DNA of 24,000 nucleotides from Vogesella urethralis (GCF_007644045.2 NZ_VMDW02000090.1:7762-31761), one strand, 5' to 3'; positions 9,601 to 15,810 are shown, counted from the stretch's first letter. Notes: generated by a model from the sequence alone, not told the origin. Numbers and translations: made by a program.

Positions 9601-12540
9601 GCGCAGAACAGCAGCAGCGAAAGCCACAGCCGCGACGAGAAAAAATCCGGCTTGATGAGCAGCGGTGGGCTGGGCTTTACCATCGGCAAAGCTGCGCAAG
9701 GTAACGCCAACAGCGTCACCACCACCCAAGCAGTGGGCAGCACCCTCGGCAGCGTGCAGGGTGATGTGGTGATTCAAGCTGGCCAGGCCTATCGCCAGAC
9801 CGGTTCCAGCGTACTGACGCCACAGGGTGATATCGATGTGCAGGCGCAAAGCATCACCATCGAGGAGGCGCGCCAGCAAACGCGGGTGGACAGCAGTAGC
9901 TACAGCAAGCAAAGCGGGCTGACTGTGGCCATCAGCAACCCGGTTGTCAGCGCTGCGCAAACGGTACAGGGCATGCAGCAAGCCGCCAGCCAGACCGGCG
10001 ATGCCCGCATGCAAGCGTTGGCCGCCGCCAGTGCCGGGCTAGCCACCTACCGCGCCGCGCAAGACGTGGCCGCCCAGCCTGGGCAGCTGGGCGGCGTCAC
10101 CGTTAGCGCCAGCATCGGTAGCAGCCGTAGCAGCAGCCAAAACACGCAAAGTAGCAACCAGGCAGCGGCGTCCACCCTGGCCGCCGGCGGCAACCTCAGC
10201 CTGCGCGCCACAGGGGCAGGGCAAGCCAGCGACCTCACCGTACAAGGCAGTCAGTTGCAAGCTGGCGGCAACGCGCTATTGCAAGCCGATGACCAGATCA
10301 CGCTACAAGCCGCCCGCAATACCGCCGAGCAGCACAGCCGCAATAGCAGTGGCAGCGGCAGCATTGGTGTTAGCTGGAACACGGCGGCAGGCCCGCAAGC
10401 CACCCTCAGCGCCAGCCAGGGCCGAGGCCACGCCGATGGCAGCGACGTCACCTACAGCAACACTCACGTCAACGCCGGCCAGCAACTGACGCTCAGCAGC
10501 GGTGGCGATACCACGCTGCAAGGCGCCGTCGCCAGCGGGCAGCGTGTTACTGGTGACATCGGCGGCCAACTGCGCATCGACAGCCTGCAAGACAGTAGCC
10601 GCTACGACAGCCACCAACAGAACGCCGGCTTTAGCATCGCCGCCGGGACGGGGAGCGCCAGCGGCAGCATCAGTGCCGGCAACACCCGCATCGATAGCGA
10701 CTACCTGAACGTGGCCGAACAAAGCGGCCTGAAAGCCGGCGACGGCGGCTTCCAGCTCACGGTAAAAGGCGATACCACCCTCAGCGGCGGCGTCATCGCC
10801 AGCAGTAATGCCGCCGTGCAAGCCGGCGTCAACCGGCTGGACACCGCGGCCACCCACCTCAGCGACCTGCACAACCAGGCCAGCTACAAGGCCAGCGGCT
10901 ACAGCGTCAACGTCGGCGTCAGCAGTGGCAAACCCAGCGGCAGCGCCGGCATCGGACAAGACAGCGGCAGCGCTGCCTCCGACACCCGCGCTGGCATTAG
11001 CGGCATCGCCGGCAACAGCAGCGTGCGCAGCGGCGACGCCGAAACCGGCATCGCCAACCCGTTCGACGCCCAGCGCGTGGCGGCCAACGTGGGGGCACAG
11101 GTCGCCATCAGCGCAGAATTCGGCCGCCAGGCCCCGCGCGCGTGGGCCGACTACGCCCAGGCGCAGTACAAGGCAGCGCAAGCCAGTGGCAACGCCGACG
11201 AAGCCGCCAAATGGGCCGAAGGCGGCGCCTACCGCGTTGCCGGCCATAGCGTGCTGGGTGGGCTGTCCGGTGGCGTGGCCGGGGCAGCCGGCGCTGTCAG
11301 CAGCGCCAGCCTGATGCCCAAGCTGGGCGAGCAGCTGGACAGTAGCGACCTGCCCGCCGCCGTCAAGCAAGCCATCGGCATGGTAGCCAGCGCCACGCTG
11401 GGGGCGGTCAGCGGCGGTGCTGCTGGCGCGGCGATCGGGCTGAATGTGGATGTCAACAACCGGCAGTTGCATCCGGAGGAAGAGCGTGCCATTGCCCAGC
11501 TTGCGAAGGGTGATAAGGACAAGGCCCAGCGCTTGCGTGCGGCGGCCTGCTATCTGGTGAAATGTTCTGCAGAGTTCCTGAGTGGCCCTCAAGCCGATTA
11601 CTACAGTCAACTGGAGCGACAAGGCGCCAGTATGCAAAGCGAACAGCAACAGTTACTGCAATATCAAGAAACTGTGATATTGCAAAAGGCTAGTGGTTAC
11701 CCCGCAGTCCAGACCGTTACCATAAAAAATCTGTTCCAGTACAGCAGGGAAGACCTGGTTGCAGATAGCCATGCTCGCCTGACGGAGTTGCGGGTGAGTC
11801 AATTGGGCAGTCTTGGCCTGACCCCGTCGCAGGCGCATTCATTGCTCGCCACAGCGGGTACCGCCGCCTTGGTTGCAGGCACCGTTGCTGGGTACAAGCT
11901 CGGGGGGCTGGATGAGCTATTGGCGACAGCCAAGGTTGAAAATAATGCCGGCGCCAAGCTTAATAATCAGTTTTATCGTGATGGCGCGATTGCGGATACG
12001 TCCAGGACGTTGTCTGTGGGTGGTCCTTGGAAGGCAGCAGTAGAACTGACGCCTAAAGAAGCCAACAACCTGCTAAATAGCAGCTTGCCAGTTGGTGCCA
12101 AGATAACGGGCAGGCAGGACGCTAATCTTGAGAACGCTAAAGCTATTGCAGAAGGCTATCAACCACCCTTTGTGCAAGGAACACAGGTGCTGCAGATTGT
12201 GATCGATAAACCAACGAAGTTTGTTCGTGTATTTGGTGGTGATTCGGGGCAGGTAGGAAGTTGGGTGATGAAAGCCGAGGATGTTGTAGGTCTGACGCCC
12301 CAACAGATTGCCAGCAAGTACAGTTTGCCGCAGGTACCGACCATGATTGGTGACGTTACTTTGCCAGCCAGAACAAAAATGAATGTGAGTGTGGCTGGCG
12401 GTATATCCCCTGGCGCTGCAAAAGGCGTAGTGACTGGTGATAATGGTGGCGGCGGCGGTGTGCAGTTTCAAATAACTACCAGACCGCTATCTCGAGATGA
12501 ATTTGCGAATTGGTTCGGAAATGCACGGGTGTTGAAATGA
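3472..12540 (+). CDS. cdiA: CdiA contact-dependent inhibition exoprotein (filamentous-haemagglutinin-family TpsA) with polymorphic C-terminal toxin
   Basis: 3022-aa ORF with AGGAG at 3460-3464, 7 nt before the ATG. It carries an ESPR-like N-terminus, TPS-domain motifs, two long FHA-type repeat tracts, a PT-VENN-like Gly/Ala-rich pretoxin region ending VDVNN, and a compositionally distinct C-terminal region. Confidence 0.95.
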   Translation: MNQHCYRLVFNAHRRMLMAVAEITPQQGANASATRARPVVGRLSAALRPLVACLLLAHGAVWTLPAAAQIVADPAVPGSQRPTVLTTSSGAVQVNIQTPSAAGVSLNQYRQFDTGDAGTILNNSRVNVQTQSAGWVAANPWLATGSARVIVNQVNSQHPSLLRGTLEVAGQRAEVIIANPAGLQVSGATFLNASRTVLTSGTPVINGGSLDGYRVSGGQVSIGGNGLDTSASDYTAILARSVAANAGIWAQQLQVGTGSQAYAADGSGQGALAASGPAPAFALDVAALGGMYAGKIVLVGTEHGLGVRNAGKLVAGAGGLRLQADGQLLNSGTLGATDAAADVQLQTGAVSNDGTLSSARNLQLDSSGRLSNQGTLSAARQLTLNAAQLDNASSGAIDAQRLAITTATLNNSGQLRQSGSQVLAVQAGQLQNSGSIGALPAQAAPGSGASAGAGSGNAEATVVQPLPLPEVAPAAGSSVQAAAPEVLPAGSIQVSGLLDNRGRILANGGIDLASQGGLVNHGTLALRQLQVGGERFDNSQGSLSAQAANIDTLTIGNQQGKLQIQGDAVLHSQAFDNRDGQIGAGGSLQLRSSQLDNQHGSVVAGQTLTVQGEALDNRAGTLASVGELQLQAGSVDNRGGRLQGEAGLRVQADGVLDNREHGLLSAAASLVVQAASVLNQQGEMAAARVQAQSLGGWQNAEGKLLSQQSLYLQAANLDNQAGQILAGQDGSVMASGTIRNQVGRLQAAQRLQLQAEEVQNGGGLLAGQALQLESGSGGLDNRGGRVLAGLQGGQLAGSGLNNTAGVIYSDGALQIDTRGQLLDNSAGGQLQSQAALQLDTGLLDNRQAQLLAAGPLNVHASALDNRGGQVQSAAGITVQLAAALHNEDGLLRSNAGLRVQADQLYNQQTRHSDRGIEAASIQLQTPHLFNQQGALRGDYLTLRLGQLANQQGELSARQQLSLSPDDGAELHIDNDGGTLQAGDRLHLQATGLQGQGRLLSAGALNLQLAGDFRHDGQLQAGTDARLSIHGRLSNAGSLQAGRQLRIEAAALDNRNGASVAADETRLDITGQLDNRGLIDGRLTRITAGVLANDSTGRIYGDRLVIQARTVQNTGDGHAAPVIAARQQLDIAAGQISNQEQALIFSGGDMVLGGALDAAERATGQAGSLDNASARIETLGQLTLAVDTLQNRDTHLQYQYQPGPVSRTVTHYLNGVALDSAGLLLAKWEGDGIAYVPPEQTDWLGDDDYRKLLILSPRYPLSRFAAYYQHFPAPSQDYSYTKCRKDENCTTTQVGGAWYGNSDPIWATFGVLPPPGEPPLSADNPGRRYAGISLGQTSYSVTIDPPPEKGSAIRTLYFDHPVTQQELQEWQRWSAWHDNEYVPAHAKLDAAIGEFAPLISTNAAPVRMLDAGAQWVDNWRYRDSTSSTQTPVVSATQPGEIVAGGDLSITLGRSGSNHSRILAGQNLVVTGGKLDNIALQEDAITDIQGVDVYTHVESRRFKGDVRRNDSSPFANTERHAVVLQQGISQAHQAWQDGHAAPSALSLLSAPSGDAMAAPGHVSVTGQQTLPGVTELALPASVNGALDVIRTGGLSLTLPRSRLYLQQPERSAKVLIQTDPRFTQYGKWLSSDYMLSQLASDPAASQKRLGDGFYEQKLIRDQVAQLTGRRFLDGYASDEAQYRALMDSGLTFARQYGLRPGVALSAEQMARLSSDIVWLVSETLTLPDGSQQSVLTPRLYVRTTPGDLQADGALLSGDRINLTLAGDLNNSGSIAGRRLVDIKAANFSQQGGQLSAADIQVQASHNLHNLGGQIGASNSLQLHAGNDLTLASTTRQADGVNDQRTYLDRIASLYLSGGNGLLLASAGGNLTLQGATIVNQAAAGQTLLQAGKDLQLATLTTQSSHQAQWAPGNALQESQQQDNGSQISSQGSLYLQASGDVHATAANVSSAQGHLGLQAGGNIQLDSGQSRTQLDETHHNSQKGLLSSRSTTTRDTLDQTQAIGSQLSGQTVSVSAGKDLTVTGSSIASDLATTLNAGGNVTLAAAQNSSSESHSRDEKKSGLMSSGGLGFTIGKAAQGNANSVTTTQAVGSTLGSVQGDVVIQAGQAYRQTGSSVLTPQGDIDVQAQSITIEEARQQTRVDSSSYSKQSGLTVAISNPVVSAAQTVQGMQQAASQTGDARMQALAAASAGLATYRAAQDVAAQPGQLGGVTVSASIGSSRSSSQNTQSSNQAAASTLAAGGNLSLRATGAGQASDLTVQGSQLQAGGNALLQADDQITLQAARNTAEQHSRNSSGSGSIGVSWNTAAGPQATLSASQGRGHADGSDVTYSNTHVNAGQQLTLSSGGDTTLQGAVASGQRVTGDIGGQLRIDSLQDSSRYDSHQQNAGFSIAAGTGSASGSISAGNTRIDSDYLNVAEQSGLKAGDGGFQLTVKGDTTLSGGVIASSNAAVQAGVNRLDTAATHLSDLHNQASYKASGYSVNVGVSSGKPSGSAGIGQDSGSAASDTRAGISGIAGNSSVRSGDAETGIANPFDAQRVAANVGAQVAISAEFGRQAPRAWADYAQAQYKAAQASGNADEAAKWAEGGAYRVAGHSVLGGLSGGVAGAAGAVSSASLMPKLGEQLDSSDLPAAVKQAIGMVASATLGAVSGGAAGAAIGLNVDVNNRQLHPEEERAIAQLAKGDKDKAQRLRAAACYLVKCSAEFLSGPQADYYSQLERQGASMQSEQQQLLQYQETVILQKASGYPAVQTVTIKNLFQYSREDLVADSHARLTELRVSQLGSLGLTPSQAHSLLATAGTAALVAGTVAGYKLGGLDELLATAKVENNAGAKLNNQFYRDGAIADTSRTLSVGGPWKAAVELTPKEANNLLNSSLPVGAKITGRQDANLENAKAIAEGYQPPFVQGTQVLQIVIDKPTKFVRVFGGDSGQVGSWVMKAEDVVGLTPQQIASKYSLPQVPTMIGDVTLPARTKMNVSVAGGISPGAAKGVVTGDNGGGGGVQFQITTRPLSRDEFANWFGNARVLK
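3676..4416 (+). other. TPS (haemagglutination activity) secretion domain of CdiA
   Basis: VQVNIQTPSAAGVSLNQYRQFD, GTILNNS, AANPWL (NPNL-like), RAEVIIANPAGLQVSG (NPNGI-like) and GKIVLVGTEHGLGVRN. The boundaries are approximate. Confidence 0.8.
4420..7010 (+). repeat. FHA-1-type degenerate beta-helix repeats (protein-level periodicity within cdiA)
   Basis: Recurrent units of about 20 residues of the form LDN(R/Q)xGxLxAxxxLxLQAxx, for example LDNRAGTLASVGELQLQAGSVDNRGGRLQGEAGLRVQADGVLDNRE. The DNA copies are degenerate and the boundaries approximate. Confidence 0.7.
8720..10460 (+). repeat. FHA-2-type repeat tract of CdiA
   Basis: A second repeat style rich in G/S/Q/T/N: GDLNNSGSIAGRR, ASHNLHNLGGQIGASNSLQLHAGNDLTLAS, AGKDLTVTGSSIAS, AGGNVTLAAAQNS, GGNLSLRATG. 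The boundaries are approximate. Confidence 0.6.
10473..11477 (+). repeat. Direct repeat R1, copy a (within cdiA)
   Basis: It aligns without gaps to 14163-15167. In the 120 nt I compared base by base there were 10 mismatches. It also aligns to 17556-18186 over 10510-11167. Confidence 0.9.
11446..11475 (+). other. Pretoxin boundary motif VDVNNRQLHP (VENN-equivalent) separating conserved CdiA from variable CT
   Basis: The Gly/Ala-rich segment ...AIGMVASATLGAVSGGAAGAAIGLNVDVNNRQLHP is shared with the orphan copy at 15136-15165. The two sequences become unrelated immediately after it. Confidence 0.8.
11935..11946 (+). other. Second, literal VENN motif inside the CdiA-CT
   Basis: The codons gtt gaa aat aat encode VENN at the end of ..AGTAALVAGTVAGYKLGGLDELLATAKVENN, 197 codons before the stop. 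Confidence 0.6.
11947..12537 (+). other. C-terminal toxin domain of CdiA, tentatively TNT-like (NAD+ glycohydrolase / ART-related)
   Basis: KFVRVFGGDSGQVGSWVM ... SKYSLPQVP ... NVSVAGGISPGAAKGVVTGDNGGGGGVQFQI resembles, from memory, the TNT pattern (xDRxGxxxGxY...RALP...V..vAP..GqpGGxxQ). This is a tentative by-eye call. Confidence 0.45.
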
Positions 12541-13045
12541 GTTATAAGAAAATTATAAATGGTGTTGAGTATTCCATTTTTTCTTCTGTCCGTTTTTTTA
12601 ATAACTTCATCCTGATGGTTGATTGGGGTGGGAGTCACGGATTTCATGATCTGGATACCTGCAATCATAATGTATTCATGATTAATCACTCTGGGGAGTT
12701 TGTTTGGCAAGTTCGCCGTGATGATAGCGTCCGTGGGGAAGGTTGGTGGGATGTATTGCATGCCCATGCTCGAGAAATTGGCGAAGATGGTGCTCGTAGG
12801 CCATTCACCTACTTTGTCATTAATTATCCCGATGGTAGTAATAATATAAACCCAGATACAGGTAGTCCGCCAGATCATGCAATTTGGACGCCGGGTGCCA
12901 CAATTTGGTTAATGGGTTCGGCTTATCAGAAATATATACTCGACCCTGAGACAGGTATTGCCACAAACGTTACACAAGGGAATCCACGGCCTTGGTGATC
13001 TAAAGCGCTTAAGTTGGTAAGTGCTTGTTGGCAAGAGCTCAAGGG
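12341..13045 (+). repeat. Direct repeat R2, copy a (toxin 3' end + cdiI + ~45 bp downstream)
   Basis: It is homologous to 18187-18880. The match is near-identical at 12341-12480 and 12776-12998, strongly diverged at ~12481-12700 and intermediate at ~12700-12775. Confidence 0.85.
12537..12998 (+). CDS. cdiI: CdiI immunity protein for the resident CdiA-CT (no family recognised)
   Basis: ATG 12537 overlaps the cdiA TGA (12538-12540) as ATGA. The ORF track opens earlier, at 12510. The ORF is 153 aa and very AT-rich at its 5' end, about 25-45% G+C in the lines I counted. Its position immediately after a polymorphic toxin is the basis for the call. Confidence 0.75.
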   Translation: MSYKKIINGVEYSIFSSVRFFNNFILMVDWGGSHGFHDLDTCNHNVFMINHSGEFVWQVRRDDSVRGEGWWDVLHAHAREIGEDGARRPFTYFVINYPDGSNNINPDTGSPPDHAIWTPGATIWLMGSAYQKYILDPETGIATNVTQGNPRPW

Positions 13046-13586
13046 ACAAACGGATGCAGTGCGAAAACAGTTGCCAGACATGGTGGACGCCAAAACCGGC
13101 AAACCGATCGGCAATGCGGCGGTCGCAGAGATCAACGTCTACGGTGAAGGCAGCACACGGGTTCAGGCACATTCTCGCGTGGGCAATGAGCCAGCATCAA
13201 TGAGAGACGGGTTTGTGAGCCTGCCACCGCCTGAGCAGCGCATCCTCAAACCATTGCCTGATCCCAGAGGGGTGCCGCGCGAAGTCGATACGGAGTACAA
13301 AATCCTGGAGAACTTCGCGCAGCAGCACCAAGCCAACCCGCAGGTGCAGGGCAGCATCAACTTGTTCACGGAGAGGCCCCCGTGCAGGAGTTGCACGGAT
13401 GTGATCAAAGAGCAGTTTGCGAAGATGTACCCCAACATGGAAGTTCGGCTCTACCACAACAACGGAGAGATCACGGTCTACAAAGGTTCCGAGATTGGGG
13501 TAGTCAAAGTCCCGAACTCGAATGAAAAGCGATGGCCTGCATCTCCGGATTTGTCGAAGCCATTGGTTCAAAAGAAGGGAGGCTGA
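13014..13586 (+). CDS. Orphan 'headless' toxin fragment, nucleic-acid deaminase-like (DxE...PCxxC)
   Basis: REVDTEYKILENFA (D92-T-E94, nt 13287-13295) and INLFTERPPCRSCTDVI (C124/C127, nt 13383-13394) have deaminase-like spacing of 28 residues. There is no CdiA homology, signal or obvious ATG/RBS at the 5' end; the ORF opens at TTG 13014 and the first ATG is at 13080. Confidence 0.5.
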   Translation: MVSACWQELKGQTDAVRKQLPDMVDAKTGKPIGNAAVAEINVYGEGSTRVQAHSRVGNEPASMRDGFVSLPPPEQRILKPLPDPRGVPREVDTEYKILENFAQQHQANPQVQGSINLFTERPPCRSCTDVIKEQFAKMYPNMEVRLYHNNGEITVYKGSEIGVVKVPNSNEKRWPASPDLSKPLVQKKGG

Positions 13587-13587
13587 G

Positions 13588-14070
13588 ATGCTGTTTCGGA
13601 ACGCGACAATTGAGGAGCTGACATCAGAGAAGGTGTACGAATTTGCTGAGTGCAAGCCGGTGTACCTTGCTCTACTTGATTACTACCATCGTTTGCTCGA
13701 CAGTCCATCAGCCAAGGAAGATTGGGATCAATCTGATGATCATGGACGGAACTATGAGCTCTGGTGGGTCATGAATGAGGCGTGGCAGGAGTACGGGACA
13801 TTGAAGCCCGATCTACCCTATCGCTGGCTCGCCATCTCCAAACGCGTCCTGTACTGGGATCACATCCCGGTCAACTTTTACCCAGTGGCTTTGGCGATCC
13901 TGGAGAAGTTTGACCTGGAGCGCTACCAGGCGGCGTACCGCCTGCCCACCGAAGAATACGAAGCCATGAAGCGTGATTTGCCCGAGGTGCTAGAGGGCTT
14001 GCGGCAGTATCCGCTGGAGAAACTTGCCCCACCGATGGACGAAGACAATTGGGGATTCACGGACCAGTGA
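13588..14070 (+). CDS. Putative immunity protein for the deaminase-like toxin fragment
   Basis: ATG 13588 lies 1 nt after the toxin TGA (13584-13586). It is preceded by a strong SD, AAGGGAGG (13575-13582). The product is 160 aa, acidic and Trp/Tyr-rich, with no family recognised. Confidence 0.65.
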   Translation: MLFRNATIEELTSEKVYEFAECKPVYLALLDYYHRLLDSPSAKEDWDQSDDHGRNYELWWVMNEAWQEYGTLKPDLPYRWLAISKRVLYWDHIPVNFYPVALAILEKFDLERYQAAYRLPTEEYEAMKRDLPEVLEGLRQYPLEKLAPPMDEDNWGFTDQ

Positions 14071-14148
14071 AATATAGGTGGTGTTGGATTGAGCGGGGGC
14101 GCATGTCGAATGAACAAGCAGTAGTGTCGCATAGATAGCGGCGTAGAC

Positions 14149-15810
14149 TTGCTGCTCGTCAGCGCCGGCCAGCAACTCACGCTGAGCAGCGGTGGCGATA
14201 CCACGCTGCGAGGTGCCGTCGCGAGCGGGCAGCGTGTTGCCGGCGACATCGGCGGCCAACTACGCATCGACAGCCTGCAAGACAGCAGCCGCTACGACAG
14301 CCGCCAGCAGAACGCCGGCGTTAGCATCGCCGCCGGGACGGGGAGCGCCAGCGGTAGCATCAGTGCCGGCAACACCCGCATCGATAGCGACTACCTGAAC
14401 GTGGCCGAACAAAGCGGCCTGAAAGCCGGCGACGGCGGCTTCCAGCTCACGGTAAAAGGCGACACCACCCTCAGCGGCGGTGTCATCGCCAGCAGCGACG
14501 CCGCCGTACAAGCCGGCGTCAACCGGTTGGACACCACGGCCACCCACCTCGGCGACCTACAAAACCAGGCCAGCTATAAGGCCAGCGGCTACAGCGTCAA
14601 CGTCGGCGTCAGCAGCGGCAAACCCAGTGCAAGCGCCGGCATCGGGCAAGACAGCGGCAGCGCTGCCTCCGACACCCGCGCCGGTATCAGCGGTATCGCC
14701 GGCAACAGCAGCGTGCGCAGCGGCGACGCCGAAACCGGCATCGCCAACCCGTTCGACGCCCAGCGCGTGGCGGCCAACGTGGGGGCCCAGGTCGCCATCA
14801 CCGAAGAATTCGGCCGCCAGGCCCCGCGTGCGTGGGCCGACTTTGCCCAGGCGCAGTACCAGGCAGCGCAAGCCAGCGGCAACGCCGAGGACGCCGCCAA
14901 ATGGGCCGAAGGCGGCGCCTACCGCGTTGCCGGCCATACCCTGCTGGGCGGGCTGTCTGGCGGGGTGGCCGGGGCTGCCGGCGCCGTCAGCAGCGCCAGC
15001 CTGATGCCCAAGCTGGGCGAGCAACTGGACAGCAGCGATCTGCCCGCCGCCGTCAAGCAAGCCATTGGCATGGTGGCCAGCGCCACGCTGGGGGCGGTCA
15101 GCGGCGGTACCGCCGGCGCTGCGATGGGGCTGAATGTGGACGTCAACAACCGGCAGTTGCATCCGGATCAGGTACGTCTGGTTCAAACACAAGCCAAAAA
15201 GCTGGCCGGCCAGCAAGGCCTGACGGCAGCCGAGTGGGAAAAACGCCTGCTCACGCAGCTGGCGTACCAGAATAGCGAAATGTACGTCCGCTACGGCAAC
15301 GACCCGCAAGCCGAAGCCATCCTGACCACCCTGCAAAGTCAAAGCGGCGTGCAGATGGACTACCGCGCCACGGCGGCCTACCGTAACGACGCGCTGAACT
15401 TGCAATACCTGCCGCAGCTCACCCAAGCTTATCAGCAGCTACCGCCGCTGAATGGCAGCATGAGCCAAGCACAATTCGCCCGCTACGCCGGGCTGCTATC
15501 TGGCGATTTCACGCGTATCCCGCCTACCGAGCACGTTCAGCAGCTGCAAAGTGAATACCAAACCACGCTCAAGCAGCAGTTGGCGCAAGAACATGCAGGG
15601 CAAAGTGCTGGTGGTCAGGCATTACAGTTGGCCGCACGGCTGGAGGTGCTGAACAAATTGCTGGCCACCGCCGAGTACGCGGCGGTACGCAGTGGCGCCA
15701 TCAGCGAAAGCGAAGCCAGTGCCATGCAAAGGGCGATGGCAGCGGGTATGCTGGTACCCAGCCAGGGGGTGAATGCCAAACCGCAGGGCGTACCGCCTGC
15801 CAAGGGGTAG
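14149..15810 (+). pseudogene. Orphan cdiA-CT module 1, 5' part (conserved pretoxin region + variable CT N-terminal domain), ending at an in-frame TAG
   Basis: 14163-15167 is a 1005-bp ungapped copy of cdiA 10473-11477, running through VDVNNRQLHP. A unique ~215-codon segment follows (DQVRLVQTQAKKLAG...). There is no start codon or secretion region of its own. A TAG at 15808-15810 is in the same frame as the next ORF. Confidence 0.8.
14163..15167 (+). repeat. Direct repeat R1, copy b (orphan module 1)
   Basis: It has the same length (1005 bp) and the same reading frame as 10473-11477. Both copies end exactly after CGGCAGTTGCATCCGGA (RQLHP). Confidence 0.9.

Noticed and set aside
4420-10460. 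CRISPR array or tandem DNA repeat
   Set aside because: The periodicity is at the protein level (FHA beta-helix repeats) with degenerate DNA. There is no repeat-spacer architecture, and the whole region is one continuous ORF.
3634-11649. Many long minus-strand and off-frame ORFs inside cdiA (e.g. 3634-4671, 7141-8169, 8197-8973, 9000-9743, 10303-11649)
   Set aside because: They are products of high G+C and repetitive codon usage in the cdiA frame. Their translations are Arg/Ala/Gly/Pro-rich with no motifs. The same applies to 14557-15426 and 17496-18347, which fall in the repeated copies.
12510-12536. Upstream start (12510) given by the ORF track for cdiI
   Set aside because: ATG 12537 forms the classical ATGA overlap with the cdiA stop. 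The nine upstream codons lie inside the cdiA coding sequence and are not needed.
12468-12878. 136-aa minus-strand ORF antisense to cdiI, with its paralogue at 18344-18712
   Set aside because: It appears twice only because the region is duplicated. It has no RBS or motif support, whereas the plus-strand frames are coupled to toxin stops and are conserved at the protein level between the copies.
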